Shown one piece after another: positions 51,601-63,750 of a stretch of DNA of 64,000 bases (its first letter is position 1; each line of letters starts with the position of its first letter). The notes under the pieces were generated by a model. The model had not been told where the DNA came from and did not search any database. It saw nothing but the letters and a program-made list of their open reading frames with translations. Both the position numbers and the translations under genes were made by a program. This stretch comes from Mobula hypostoma (taxonomy: Eukaryota), in assembly GCF_963921235.1 (NCBI RefSeq), contig NC_086108.1, positions 18,042,001-18,106,000 on the forward strand, written 5' to 3'.

Positions 51601-52825
51601 TTATCACTAACGGTGCAAACAACTTTACTATTTTCTTTTTCTTCCTTCTCCCCTACATCTGTTCCTACACTCTGGTTCCCCTCCCCCCCTTGTATCTATT
51701 TAAATCCACTGGAGCCTCTCTAGCAAGCCTACCTGCAAGAATATTTGTCCCCCTCCAGTTCAGATGTAAACCATCCTGCCAGAACAGGTCCCAAATTTCC
51801 CTGGAAAAATGTCCAATTATCTATAAATCTGAAGCCCTCCCTCCTGCACCATGTCTTCAGCCACGTGTTGATCTGCACTATCTTACTGTTTCTAAACCTG
51901 CCTGCACATGGCACTGGTAACAATCCTGAGATTGCTATCCTGGAAGTCCTGTCCTTTAACTTGGTACCTAATTCCCTAAACTCACCTTTCAGGACCTCCT
52001 CACTCTTCCTACCCACATCATTGGTCCCTACATGGATCACGACATCTGGCTGCTCACCCTCCCTCTTGAGAATAGATCTTGATCCGAGATATTGCGAAAC
52101 TTGGCACCAGGGAGGCAACAGACCATCCAGGATTCTCGATCTCTTCCACAGAACCTCTTATCTGTCCCCCTAACTATCGAATCACCTATCACTACTGCTT
52201 ATCTTTTCCCTCCTTCCCTTCTGAGCTGAGGGTCCTGTCTCGGTGCCAGAGACGCAACCACTGCAACTTGTCCCTGGTAGGTCGTCCCCATCAACAGTAT
52301 CCAAAATGATATACTTATTATTGGTGGGAACAGCCACAGGAGTGCTCTGCTCATTCTGTCTATTCCCCTTCCCTCTCCTGACAGTCACCCAGCTACCTGT
52401 CTCCTGACCCTTAGGGGTGACTATCTCCCTGTAACTCCTGCTTATTTCTGCCTGTGCCTCATGAATGATCTGAAGTTCATCCAGCTGCAGCTCCAGCTCC
52501 AGTTCCCTGGCTCAGTTTGTCAGCTGGATGCACCTTTTACAGGTGTAGTCATCAGGGTGTGCTCGCCCTGACTTCCCATGTACTGCAAACGGAGCACTCA
52601 ACTGCCCTAACTGCTGCCTCCATTACCTACTCTTAAAGTAATTAAATTAATTAAAGTAACTTACTTGGCCTTACCGCACTTGGAGTGAAGCTCATCCTCA
52701 GCCTCTGCTCGCCAAAGCCTTCCTACTCTGTCTCCCACTACTCCGTCACCCGCTCCAACATCACCTGCTTTGTTAATCTGCTCGCTTTTAAACTCTCCCG
52801 CTGTCTCACGGACTTTTGCTCACTT
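48685..52825 (-). mobile_element. Full-length CR1 LINE (ORF1 ~52620-51700, ORF2 ~51600-48770; frameshifted)
   Basis: VIHVGTNDV; VISETW, VGDFNFP, NYRPVSLTSVVGK, SGVPQGSVLGP, KYADDTK; tail at 48685; internal 36-bp duplication at 50587/50623. Confidence 0.95.
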
Positions 52826-53532
52826 GTGGTTTTAGTTCCATTCTTTCTGCACCGCAGTAGAAAAGACCGGAAGTAAAACCTGCAACCCGGAAGCAACCTC
52901 TCTCTACAAACAGCTTTCCGTAGTGGGAGTATTGCTATATTACCATTATCCTAATTCGTATTAACTTATCTTTAAGATGTCCACATTACAACACTTCTCC
53001 CCCTTTAAATTCCAACATTTCGCAAATGTAAATTACTGGTAAATAAAAAAAAACAGTGGTGTCATTATCTTGCGCACCTCTGAAACTTATACTAGTGTCT
53101 CAGTAACAGCTTACCAATACAAAACACCTGAAAAACGTGGCAGATTCAACATTCAGTCTAACAAAGGAAACTGTCCATTCAAATATTCAGCCTGTCAGGT
53201 GGTTTGCAAGGGCACTGTGCTGCAACAGATGAAAATTATGGAATCTAACTACAGGAGCTGTCTTACTGACAGTAACCTCACAGACTGTCTCAGACTGTCT
53301 GTCTGTAGTTAGGAGCCAAATTTCAGGGAACTAGCAGAAAGTATTCAGCCCCAGTCATCATACTGAGTGCAACAGTCAATTTTTATTCATTTATTTTTCA
53401 TGTTGAAATAAAATTAAATAATTAAACATAGACAAAGGTGTTCTAATGTGAGTATTATAAAAATAAGTAATACTAATTAAGATAATGGTAATATAGCAAT
53501 ACTCCTGCTACGGAAAGCTGTTTGTAAAGAGA

Positions 53533-53849
53533 ACAACAGGAATTCTGCAGATGCTGGAAATTCAAGCAACACACATCAAAGTTGCTGGTGAACGCAGCAG
53601 GCCAGGCAGCATCTGTAGGAAGAGGTGCAGTCGACGTTTCAGGCCGAGACCCTTCGTCAGGACTAACTGAAGGAAGAGTGAGTAAGGGATTTGAAAGCTG
53701 GAGGGGGAGGGGGAGATGCAAAATGATAGGAGAAGACAGGAGGGGGAGGGATAGAGCCGAGAGCTGACAGGTGATAGGCAAAAGGGGATACGCCTCTTCC
53801 TATAGATGCTGCTTGGCCTGCTGCGTTCACCAGCAACTTTGATGTGTGT
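53533..53849 (-). mobile_element. Fold-back Penelope-terminus element
   Basis: 14-bp TSD TGTTTGTAAAGAGA (53519-53532, 53850-53863); 53567-53625 is repeated inverted at 53793-53851. Confidence 0.9.
53630..53663 (-). ncRNA. Minimal type I hammerhead ribozyme (intact core)
   Basis: Minus strand GTC-CTGACGA-AGGGTCTCGGCCT-GAAAC-GTC-GAC: full catalytic core, GTC cleavage triplet and palindromic minimal stem III. Confidence 0.8.
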
Positions 53850-54719
53850 TGTTTGTAAAGAGAGATTGTTTCCGGGTTGCGGGGTTTTACTTCCAGTTTT
53901 TTCTGCCTGGTGCGCATGTGTGTGACTAAATGATTTAGTAGGTCGATCTTGCCTTTCACTAAGGCCGAGGTAGGGGATATTGGGCTTAAAAAGGTTGGTG
54001 ACCACTAGCCTATTGAATTATTTTCTGATTGGTTTATTAGTCTGTTGGTTCACTTATTGGTCTGTTTACTAGTGCAGTGATCCATTGATTTGACCATTGA
54101 CTCATTCACTGATCTGGTTATTTGCCTGTGATAATTTTATTGACCTGATTATTGGCCCAGTTGAATTCTTCACTTGCTGGTTATTTTTCAGTCCAATTAC
54201 TGCCAGATCTGATTATCTGTCTTTGAAAGCAATGTTCATCATTGAAATAATTGTTGATTTATTGAAATACACATTGGCAATATTATCAGTTTGAATCATT
54301 CATTGAACTGAATCTTGGGTGTGGGATGATGAATGATCTGATTTTTGGTCTGTTGATTTATTTCTTGATTTGATTTTGGGTTCTGAATCATTCATTGGTA
54401 TGTTTGTGGCCCTATTAAATCTTAAGAATGTGGATATGTGTAATACAAGCAGAAATTAAAACCATATTGGGCTTTGAGCTGCTCTTTCATGCAATAAATG
54501 ATATATGGTTATTGGTCATAATGCTACTTTCTTGCCTGAAACTCTGGTCTTTGATTCCCTTGTAATTCAAAAGAAAAAAGAAATCTGTCAACTATTATGG
54601 CTTAAGTAAGGAGATTCCCTCTCATTTCATTCCTAAGTGTTTGGTCTTTACCTAAAGACTCTGCACCCTGACTTTAGTTCACCTATTAGTTGAGACATCC
54701 ACAGAATATCTACCCTTCA

Positions 54720-55262
54720 AAACATAAGACCATAAGACAAAGGAGCAGAAGTAGGCCATTCGGCCCATCGAGTCTGCTCCACCATTTTATCATGAGCTGA
54801 TCCATTCTCCTATTTAGTCCCACTCCCCCGCCTTCTCACCATAACTTTTGATGCCCTGGCTACTCAGATACCTATCAATCTCCGCCTTAAATACACCCAA
54901 TGACTTGGCCTCCACTGCTGCCCGTGGCAACAAATTCCATAGATTCACCACCCTCTAACTAAAAAAATTTCTTCACATTTCTGTTCTGAAAGGGCGCCCT
55001 GCAATCCTTAAGTCATGTCCTCTCGTACTAGACTCCCCCATCATGGGAAACAACTTTGCCACATCCACTCTGTCCATGCCTCTTAACATTCAAAATGTTT
55101 CTATGAGATCTCCCCTCATTCTTCTAAACTCCAAGGAATACAGTCCAAGAGCGGACAAACGTTCCTCATATGTTAATCCTCTCATTCCCGGAATCATTCT
55201 AGTGAATCTTCTCTGTACCCTCTCCAACGTCAGCACATCCTTTCTTAAATAAGGAGACCATC
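54720..55262 (-). mobile_element. Young CR1 3' fragment
   Basis: Nearly identical to 5395-5823; (CATAAGAC)n tail. Confidence 0.92.
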
Positions 55263-57964
55263 TCATGTCAGCATCACAAGCCCCCACACTTGTATCATAT
55301 CTTTCAATAGGTTCACTTCTCATCTCCAGATCACATAAACCCATTCTATTCAATCTTTCATTGCAAGGTGACACCTTGAACTCAATCAAGCAATTTTTGT
55401 CCATATCTTCCAGGTGGGTATACCATTCCTTAACTGAAACCTGTATATTATTACAAGATTTCCTACTTTAGTATTCCATACCTTTTGGAATAAAGGTATT
55501 CAATAAGTTCATGATTGATACAATCACTGTCTCTGTTGACTGACTAGCTCATAGAGCCAATTGTGGATATGATTATTGTTCCATTGAATTATTGACTGAT
55601 CTCATTACTTACACTATTAACTATATCAATAGAATTGAAGCTTTTGTTGATCGGTTCACTTACCTGCTTAATTATTCACCAACCATTCGTATGATCATGA
55701 TCTAATTATGTCTTCATTAACTCCATTGCTAATCTGTTTATTGGTACTTTGAATAATTCATAATGCAATTGCTGTTCTACTGAGTTGACCTTTTATCTGG
55801 TTATTGATGCAGTGAATTATTAATGACCACATTGAATATTGATAGGTGTGATCATTGCTTTATTTTACTATTTAGTGACCGTGGCATTGGTTTAGTGGAT
55901 TATTCAATACATCAATCAATAATCATTCTTTGAGCAAATAATTAGTTGATCTCACTATTAACTTAGTCCATGATCTGGGTATTTACAGACTGTGTTCTGT
56001 TGAACCACTCCCTGACACTATTACCCATCTGTTGAAGCACTGAATGATTTAGTTATTATCCTTTTTGAATTATTGACTGATTAGAGGATGGAACTACCAT
56101 GTGAATAATTATTTTAATTATTGCTCTGCTTGTTCTTTGTTGTTGAATTATTCTGATTTGATTGATTTATTCTATCATTAGTCTCTATTGATACTTGAAT
56201 CATGTAGCCTGTTATGTCAATATGATGAATCATTAATTATTACCAATATCAATCAGTTCAATTATTCCTTCTGTCATTTGTTTCAATCTAGTTATTGAGG
56301 TTCTGCTTGATTCTTTGATTATTGTTCTGTTCAATTAATCATTAGCCTTAATGAATATTGGTCTGTTGTATTCACTGTCATAGTATGCTTTATCAAATCA
56401 CTTAATCTGATTAGTAGCCTTTTCAAATAAACTAAAATGGTTATTGGTTTGTAAAATTGTTAACTAAACTGAATATCAGTATGGTTAATTAAATCATTTG
56501 CTCTGAGTCACAACTTAATCTAGTGATTGGTTTGTTGAATCGTGCTTTATTTATTGTTGGTAGGTTGCTTAGTCAATTGGCTTATTTGTTAAACTACTGC
56601 ATTCCTTTGATCTGTGGCATCAATCATTGATGTATCTGTTTCATGGATTTGGTTATTGATTTGTCAAATTATTCACTCATTCAATCAATTGGCTATCATA
56701 TCAGTGATGTGACTACTGGTCAATTGTATCATTTGTTTAACTGATCAGTCTGTTAAAGTATTTATGAATCTGACAATTTGCCAAGGGCTTTATCTGGTTT
56801 CTGCTCTGTTGAATCACTCGCCATTCATATTGTTCACATAATGATGGATAATTCCACTGTTGTGTCATTTACTGAGTTGAGAGTTTTATTATGTGTGTGA
56901 ATTTTAGTTATTGATAAGTTGATGCACTGAGTTATCTGATTATCAAATTATTGAATTATTCATAGATCTATGGAGTGCTCTGGAAACAATTAACCTAATT
57001 ATTGGCCTTCTGAATCTTAACAGGAATATTGCTTTCAACGATTCATTAAAACAATCAAAAATTAATCAATTTTGATATTATTGATCATTATTCATTAAAA
57101 TGTTTAACTGTTGGTACATCTGTCCATGAGTCCACAACTTTGACCCATTAGTTCAATTATTGGTTAGTTGCATTATTTTCTGATTAAAACACATGACCCT
57201 GGTTACTGTTCTGTTTCATCATTGACTGAATTTGGCATTGTTCATCTTAATAATTCTAAGATTAGGACAGTTGATTAATTCATTGGTTTGCTTATGGTCT
57301 GAGTAGTTCATCATTTACAAGTATGAATATTAGCCATTTGATTGGTCATTGACCAGAGGTTTGTTTATCAAATCAGTGTTTTATGTATTTGACCCCAGAT
57401 TCACCCAATTAACAACATAGGGGCCATCTGTTCATGCATTTTATCCATTAAATCATTGAGTGGCCTGGTTATTGATTTGTTGAATAAGCATATGAATTAG
57501 AAATTTGTCCCTTGAAGTCTTCTTTGTATTAATCATAGGTCTGCTTTATTACTTATTGATCTGGTATTGCATTTTGAATTCTACAATGATTCTATTATTC
57601 AGTAGTGTGGCTTTTCATTTAAGAAATAGTCTGCAGAGTAATTTATTGAATGAATCATTGATCTATTGAAACATTCACTAATCCAGTATTTTTCTGTCAA
57701 ATTGCACACTGATCATTGCACTATTTAGTCATCATTGATTTAATTAATAGTATGTTTAATCAATCACTTATTGGACCAATGAATTGTACTAATTATTTTC
57801 ATCTGAGTAACACATTCTCACTATTGATCTGTTAAAACATTAATTGGTTTTATTTGTCAAATTTGTTTGACCAATGTATTAGCCTAAAATTATTCAACAA
57901 TACAATTAGTCAATTAGATCATTTATAAATTATGTAATTGTACTCAATCATTCAATTGGGTTCC

Positions 57965-58190
57965 GTGCACAAGTTTGACCTCTGCTTTCAGTTGCTTCTC
58001 ACTCCATCTCCATGACCTTGCTCAAACTCTTATCTTTCTGTTGCCTCAAACACTTTTCGAACAAACCCCAATGCAAACATAAGGATCTTGTCTTCTGTCA
58101 GGGATCATTACAACTTCTGGGCTCAATATTGAATTCTAGGCTTTCAAATAATTAACCTTGTCTGTTTGGCTGGTTATACTGTTGGTCATC
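57965..58190 (+). mobile_element. Decayed Penelope GIY-YIG C-terminal remnant
   Basis: Collinear with 10260-10445 (ATCTTGTCTTCTGTCAGGGATCATTACAAC...CTCAATATTGAATTCT). Confidence 0.5.
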
Positions 58191-58199
58191 CCATGTAAT

Positions 58200-58490
58200 T
58201 AGTGATTAGCTTTTATTTGCCACATATGCATGGAAACAAACAATCAAGTACATCATTTTGTATCAATGAACATGTGCAAGAGTTGCAAAGCTTCTGGTAC
58301 AAACCTAGCATATCCCCAATTTACTTACTCTAATCCTTTTTTTTGGAATGTGGGATGAAACTGGAGCACCCTATGTGGTCATGGGAAGAACATACAAAGA
58401 GTTTACAGACAGCAGTGGGAATTGAACCATGATCATCTGATCACTGACGTTGTGAAGTGTTTGGCTATCTGCTACACTACTGTTGTCTCT
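58200..58490 (-). mobile_element. V-domain tRNA SINE
   Basis: TTTGGAATGTGGGATGAAACTGGAGCACCC and GGGAATTGAACC. Confidence 0.7.
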
Positions 58491-58734
58491 CTTCAGACAC
58501 TGGCTGATCTGTTGGTCATTTCCAGCATTTGGTTTCTGGTTTCAGCAACAGCTCAGATTTGCATTTCAAAGCAGTTCATGTTTCCCCATCTTTTCTTTCT
58601 TTTCTTACTAAAGACCAATTTTGGCCAAACACAAACTCAGAGCATCACCATTAATCCAACCTGCTCATATGCTTTCCCATCTTTTATTGCCCTTTATCTG
58701 CCCATCAGCTCCCACCTTAATTCTCTAACCATCC

Positions 58735-59045
58735 ACCGAGGGAAATTTGGTTTCATTACAGCCGCATCAACCAAGAATAGAGTGTAGATATAGCAATACA
58801 AAAAAAATCCCAACAATCAAACACCAAAATGCAAATTATGCCAGATGGAAAATAAGTCCAGGACCAGTCTATTGGCTGAGGGTGTCTGACCCTCCATGGG
58901 AGGAGCTGCACGTTCGATGGCCACAGGCAGGAACGACCTCCCGTGCCGCCAAGTGTTGTATCACGGTGGAATGTGGTCGAAGTCCAACAGTGAAAAGTTC
59001 AATATTCAGTCTGCAAACACGTTCCTTGATCGTAATATACCGAAT
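58735..59045 (-). mobile_element. Rex1/Babar-type 3' fragment
   Basis: Near-identical to 8407-8636. Confidence 0.65.
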
Positions 59046-59237
59046 ATTAAGATGAGTTAATGATGCAATAGATTCTCAGTGAATGCTGTAACCACAGTGA
59101 CTGAATCTTCTGAATGCTGATCATTAATGTGTACGCTACTGGTCAGAAACCAGATGCTTAAATTGATTCTGTAATCCTATAACGAAAACAATGAATAACT
59201 TAGTTGATGAAAATGATAGTAATGAATGGATTAATAG

Positions 59238-59395
59238 CAAACAACAGGAATTCTGCAGATGCTGGAAATTCAAGCAACACACATCAAAGTTGCTGGTGAA
59301 CGCAGCAGGCCAAGCAGCATCTATAGGAAGAGGCGCAGTCGACGTTTCAGGCCGAGACCTTCGTCAGTGCGTTCACCAGCAACTTTGATGTGTGT
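59238..59395 (-). mobile_element. Minimal fold-back Penelope-terminus element (158 bp)
   Basis: 15-bp TSD TGAATGGATTAATAG (59223-59237, 59396-59410); hammerhead core at 59338-59367; inverted terminal copy at 59368-59397. Confidence 0.9.
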
Positions 59396-59464
59396 TGAAT
59401 GGATTAATAGAACTGATTTCAACTAATAAAAGTATCTAAGATTAAATGAATCCATGTTTCAGCA

Positions 59465-60210
59465 AGTTCATAACAGTCAGAGAATTGTACACCATAGCAA
59501 CAGGCCCTTCAGTCCAACTCATCCATGCTGACCAAGATGTCTTCCTGAGCTAATCCCATTTGCCAGTGTTTTGTCCATATCCCTCTACCTTTCCTCTTCA
59601 CATACTTGTCAGGTATCTTTTAAATGTTATAACTGTACCTGCCTCTACCACTTCCTCTGGCAACTGATTCTACACAGCTCCACCTTCTATATGGAAATCC
59701 TGTGCCTCCTTTCCCTTTCAAGCCTTTTCCCCCTCACCTTTGACCTATGCTCTCTAGTTTTGGACGCTCCTGTCCTGGAGAAAAGACTTTGGGCATCCAC
59801 TTTATGTCCCTCATGAAATTATAACACTATATCCTTCAGCCTCCTCCACTTCACAGAGATTAGCCTCAGCTCTCTTCATAAGCCCTATAGTCCTTGGTAA
59901 TCTTTTTTGCACTACTTCCTGGTTAATGGCATCCTTGCCCTAGCTCGGTAAACAGAACGGCACGCAAACTCCAAGTGTGCTCTCACCAATGACTTGTACA
60001 GTTACAATATGAGATACCATCTCCTGTACTTAGTACCCCGATCAATGAAGGCAAATGTGCTGAACAGCTTCTTTACCACTCTGTCTATCTGTGTCATCAA
60101 CACATTCAACGAACTATATAGTTGTACCCCAAGTTCTCCCTTGTATAATATTTCCCAGGGCCTTATGACCTACCCCGGTTTAACTTGCCAAAATGTGTCA
60201 CTTCACTCAA
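59465..60210 (-). mobile_element. Old CR1 3' fragment
   Basis: CAACAGGCCCTTCAGTCCAACTCATCCATGCTGACC tail signature and RT C-terminal homology. Confidence 0.8.
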
Positions 60211-62669
60211 TAACCAAGCTTATAACCAAGTCAATGAATAAATATTGTATTTTTTAGTTATTTAAATTAACTTTGAATATTCATAAGGAGTTACAACATG
60301 CAGAAACACTTAAGTTTTGAGGAGGTAAAAGGGTAAAGTGGACATAGGGGCCTCTGCGAGCAGTGGATTAGAGCCAGTGTGATCTAGCTACTGAGCGAAT
60401 AATTGGCTCAGTACGGTGGGTTTCACAAACCAGTAATTAGATCAGTGACTAATAATTTGTGTAGGGTTGCAAGTGAGTGACAAAATGCTAGCTACCTACA
60501 ATCAATGAATGAAACAACTAACCCATAATGTGTCAGTGATTGAATAGGCCAATGTACAGATTAATAAATAAGGTATTGGCCAATTAATTGGATCAATGCT
60601 GACCAATAATTGTATTTGTTCATTGAGCTGATTGACTCATGAATGTCTCAATCTCAACATTACTGAACAGACCATAATCAGATCATTGAGTAATTCATGA
60701 GAAACAATTAGATTTAATATTGTAATTATGCAGTAACCATGTGAATAAATAAATCAATAGACCATTAATTAATTCAATGAAAGAATCAGCAGATTAATAT
60801 TCTAATCAATGAACGACTTCAAACAAATTAGTTCTCAGACCAATGAATAAATCTGACCTACGAGTAACTGAACCTACCACCAATGAGATTACTGATAGAT
60901 ATGCAGTACAACTATCAGATTGCTGAGCCATTCATCTCAACAATGGTTATATCAGTTAATAACAGTTGGCCAACATCAGAATCGCTGAGATGATGGGTCA
61001 GTAATTGGAAAAAGCATAACTCTACAATCCATTAGAAATGTTAGTAAACAGTTGTACTGAATGATAATCAGATCCGCAGTCACTTAAATGAAATTATCAA
61101 AAGATAATCAGATCAGTAGATCATTCTATAGATCAGTGAATGATGCAAGCATAAAATAATTATTAACACATAAATAATTGCAGCAGAGAACCACTAATCA
61201 AATAATTATTTTACAGACTAATAGCCAACAGTTAATCATTCAATAGACCAAAAATCAAATTAATAAATGCAAGAAGTAAATAAACTAATAATGCAATCGG
61301 ATTGATTAACAGGTCAGTCACAAAACATGGGTGAATCGTTCAACAAACCAATCATCTCACCATTAAAATACAGCAGAGCATTAATTGGTGAATGATTTAA
61401 CAAAGCTATGATGAAACAAATGAAGCTTCAACAAGCCAATAATCAGATCATCGAATGATTCAAGTATTTTTATGTTCAGTCATTAACTGAACTGATTATT
61501 CATTTGATTGTCTGCTAAGTCTTTAAAATCTCGAGTTACTGGAATATTGGGTATTCTACTTTGTGGTTCCATTGAATCATTCAGTAACCTGTTTGTTAAG
61601 AGTATTGATTTCACTGGCCAAGTTATTTTCCTGTTGAATCATTCACTGGAATGGTGGTGTTAAGTGACTCACAGATCTAATTAGCAGGCTGTTGAATCAT
61701 TGAATGTTCTGATTATCAGTCAGGTCAAATGTTCAATGATAACTTTATTATTATCTCCGGCACTTCACTCGTCTGATTATTGGGATGGGGGATCATTAAT
61801 AATCTGAATTAGTCACTGATTTGATTATTAGCCAGTTAAACAATTTCCTGAGAAAGTAACTGATTTCTATGTCATGCATAGATCTGATTGTGCATCTTCT
61901 GTACCATTCCCTGATATTTGTTTTATAGAATGTCTGATAAGAATAGAATGTGGATTATCTGATTTAGTCTATTAGGTTATTGAATAATCTGATTGCTGAT
62001 TTAATGATTTACTCATATGTAATCATAGAATTATACTCCGAATTATACCGCAATCTGGTTAATTGGGTTCATCAACACAATTATTGCACTATTGAAAGCT
62101 TCATTGAGTAGATTATTGGTATATTTATTCATTCTCTGATCTAACCAGTCATCTTTCTCATTGTTTTTTAACAGACATCTGATAACTATGAATCATTTAC
62201 TGACCTGATGATTGAACTGGTTAGTCATTGATAGATGTCATTAATTCTTGGAAAGTTGTCAATGGACTGTGTTAACACAGCAAATGATATGATTATTGGT
62301 TGTGGCATTACTTGGTCTGTTATTGGGTTGCTCAATCTGATTCCTCTTTTACCATGATCACTGATTGTATTATTGGTGCGTTGAATATTTAATCACCTTG
62401 ATTATTCGGCTATTCAGTAATTTCAATGTCAAATCATTTGTTGATTCATTCATTTGGGTACTTGTGACTAATCATTGTTACAGTTCTGAAACATCCACTG
62501 AACTTGTTGCTTTATTCATTGTTAACCCTCCACTGTCAGAAGAATCATTTTATCTGTTTGCACATGTGCAGAGAGGGCCTTTGTGTGACTGTACTTGAAA
62601 CATTGTGTACAGTTTTCATTTTCTTACCATGCAATGAAGAATTACCAGCTGGTGGATTTGCAAAGGTGG

Positions 62670-63100
62670 AGAGACTGAGTCAACTTGTACTGTGAAGAGT
62701 TAAGAAATAGAGTGGGGGGGGGGGTGTAATCTCTAAGATTTACAAAATTCTCATAGGGATTGTCAGAAGATACTGGGAGAGTGCTTACCTTGGCCAAGGA
62801 CTCTAAGACTAGAGGTAGGGGATATTTTGAAAATTAGGGCAGCCATTGTGGACTGGGGTGCAAAGAAATGTCTTCACTCAGAGGTTGGTGAATGTTTGGT
62901 ATTCTTTGTCCATGAGGATCATTGAGGTTTAATAACTGAGGTTCAGTTTTGTAATAGTGAATGATAGATTTCTGGGACTTGGGGAAATCAGGGTTGTGGA
63001 AATAATGAAAAAAATATTGCTGAAATGAAAGATTAGCTGAGATTTTGAGTGCTGGGACAACTTGAAGGGCTAAATGGCCTACTGCTGCTGTTATTTCTTG
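62670..63100 (+). mobile_element. Old CR1 3' fragment
   Basis: TTCACTCAGAGGTTGGTGAATGTTTGG; GAAGGGCTAAATGGCCTACT tail. Confidence 0.75.
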
Positions 63101-63399
63101 TAGCTCATTGACTGGAAGTTTGGTTTGCTGTATTGTTTGAATCATTGAGTAGCTAGTGAATAATTGTTCTATGGTATAAATCACTGATATAATTGTTTGT
63201 CCACAAATCCATTATAAAGCATCCTCTAGGGAAGAGTGATCACAAGATTGAATTTCACAACTGATTTGAGAACAAAACTAACTTAGTTAAAGATAATGAC
63301 AAAAATTTGCAGGCATCATTAGCTGAAGTATTTCGGGAAGTTAGATTAGAAGGTAAAATGGTAGATGTGAAATGGCAGATGCTAATGGAAATATGTGAA

Positions 63400-63730
63400 C
63401 ATTGTCAACAGGGGTTTAGCTTCCAGATCCAGGGTGTCAAATTCAATCCTGACATTGAGTGCTGTCATTGTGGAGTAGGAGCATTCTCCTTGTGACAATG
63501 TTTCCCCCAGATGCTCTGGTTTCCTCCCACACTGAAAGTAGTAATGTAGATTATTTTGCCAATATAGGTTGCTGTATGTTAACAGAGGGAGGAGAAGAAT
63601 CAAAGGAGCCTTTCTAAGGTGGCATGATAGAGAATGGATTGCAGAACCTACGGGAAACAAACAGGAATAGCTTGGATGGCATTGATCTGGGAGATGTTAT
63701 GGATCCAAAGGGCAGCTTGGTTTTCAGGAG
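63400..63730 (+). mobile_element. V-domain tRNA SINE
   Basis: TTCAATCCTGAC B-box-like motif, then GTGGAG...GATGCTCTGGTTTCCTCCCACA. Confidence 0.7.
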
Positions 63731-63750
63731 GTGTTATACGCTCTTTCCCT

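Larger units (their letters stand above)
48503..54007. mobile_element. Non-autonomous hAT-type element hosting a CR1 and a Penelope-derived insert
   Basis: TIRs TAGTGATCGCCAAC / GTTGGTGACCACTA; 8-bp TSD GTCTATTG (48495-48502) / GCCTATTG (54008-54015). Confidence 0.8.
19640..63210. repeat. Ancient degenerate 32-bp tandem array fragmented by TE insertions
   Basis: Consensus ~TGATTATTGGTCAGTAGAATCATTCATTGATC. ATCATT at 22082, 22114, 22146 and 22178; AGTAGA at 42981 and 43013. Recurs in nearly all inter-TE gaps, e.g. 34795-36325, 38570-39530, 42342-43180, 55490-57960 and 61470-62530. Confidence 0.88.

Noticed and set aside
19640..63210. 32-bp periodic repeat as a CRISPR-like array
   Set aside because: Units are head-to-tail with no unique spacers, are highly degenerate, and have no cas-like ORFs nearby; the context is vertebrate.
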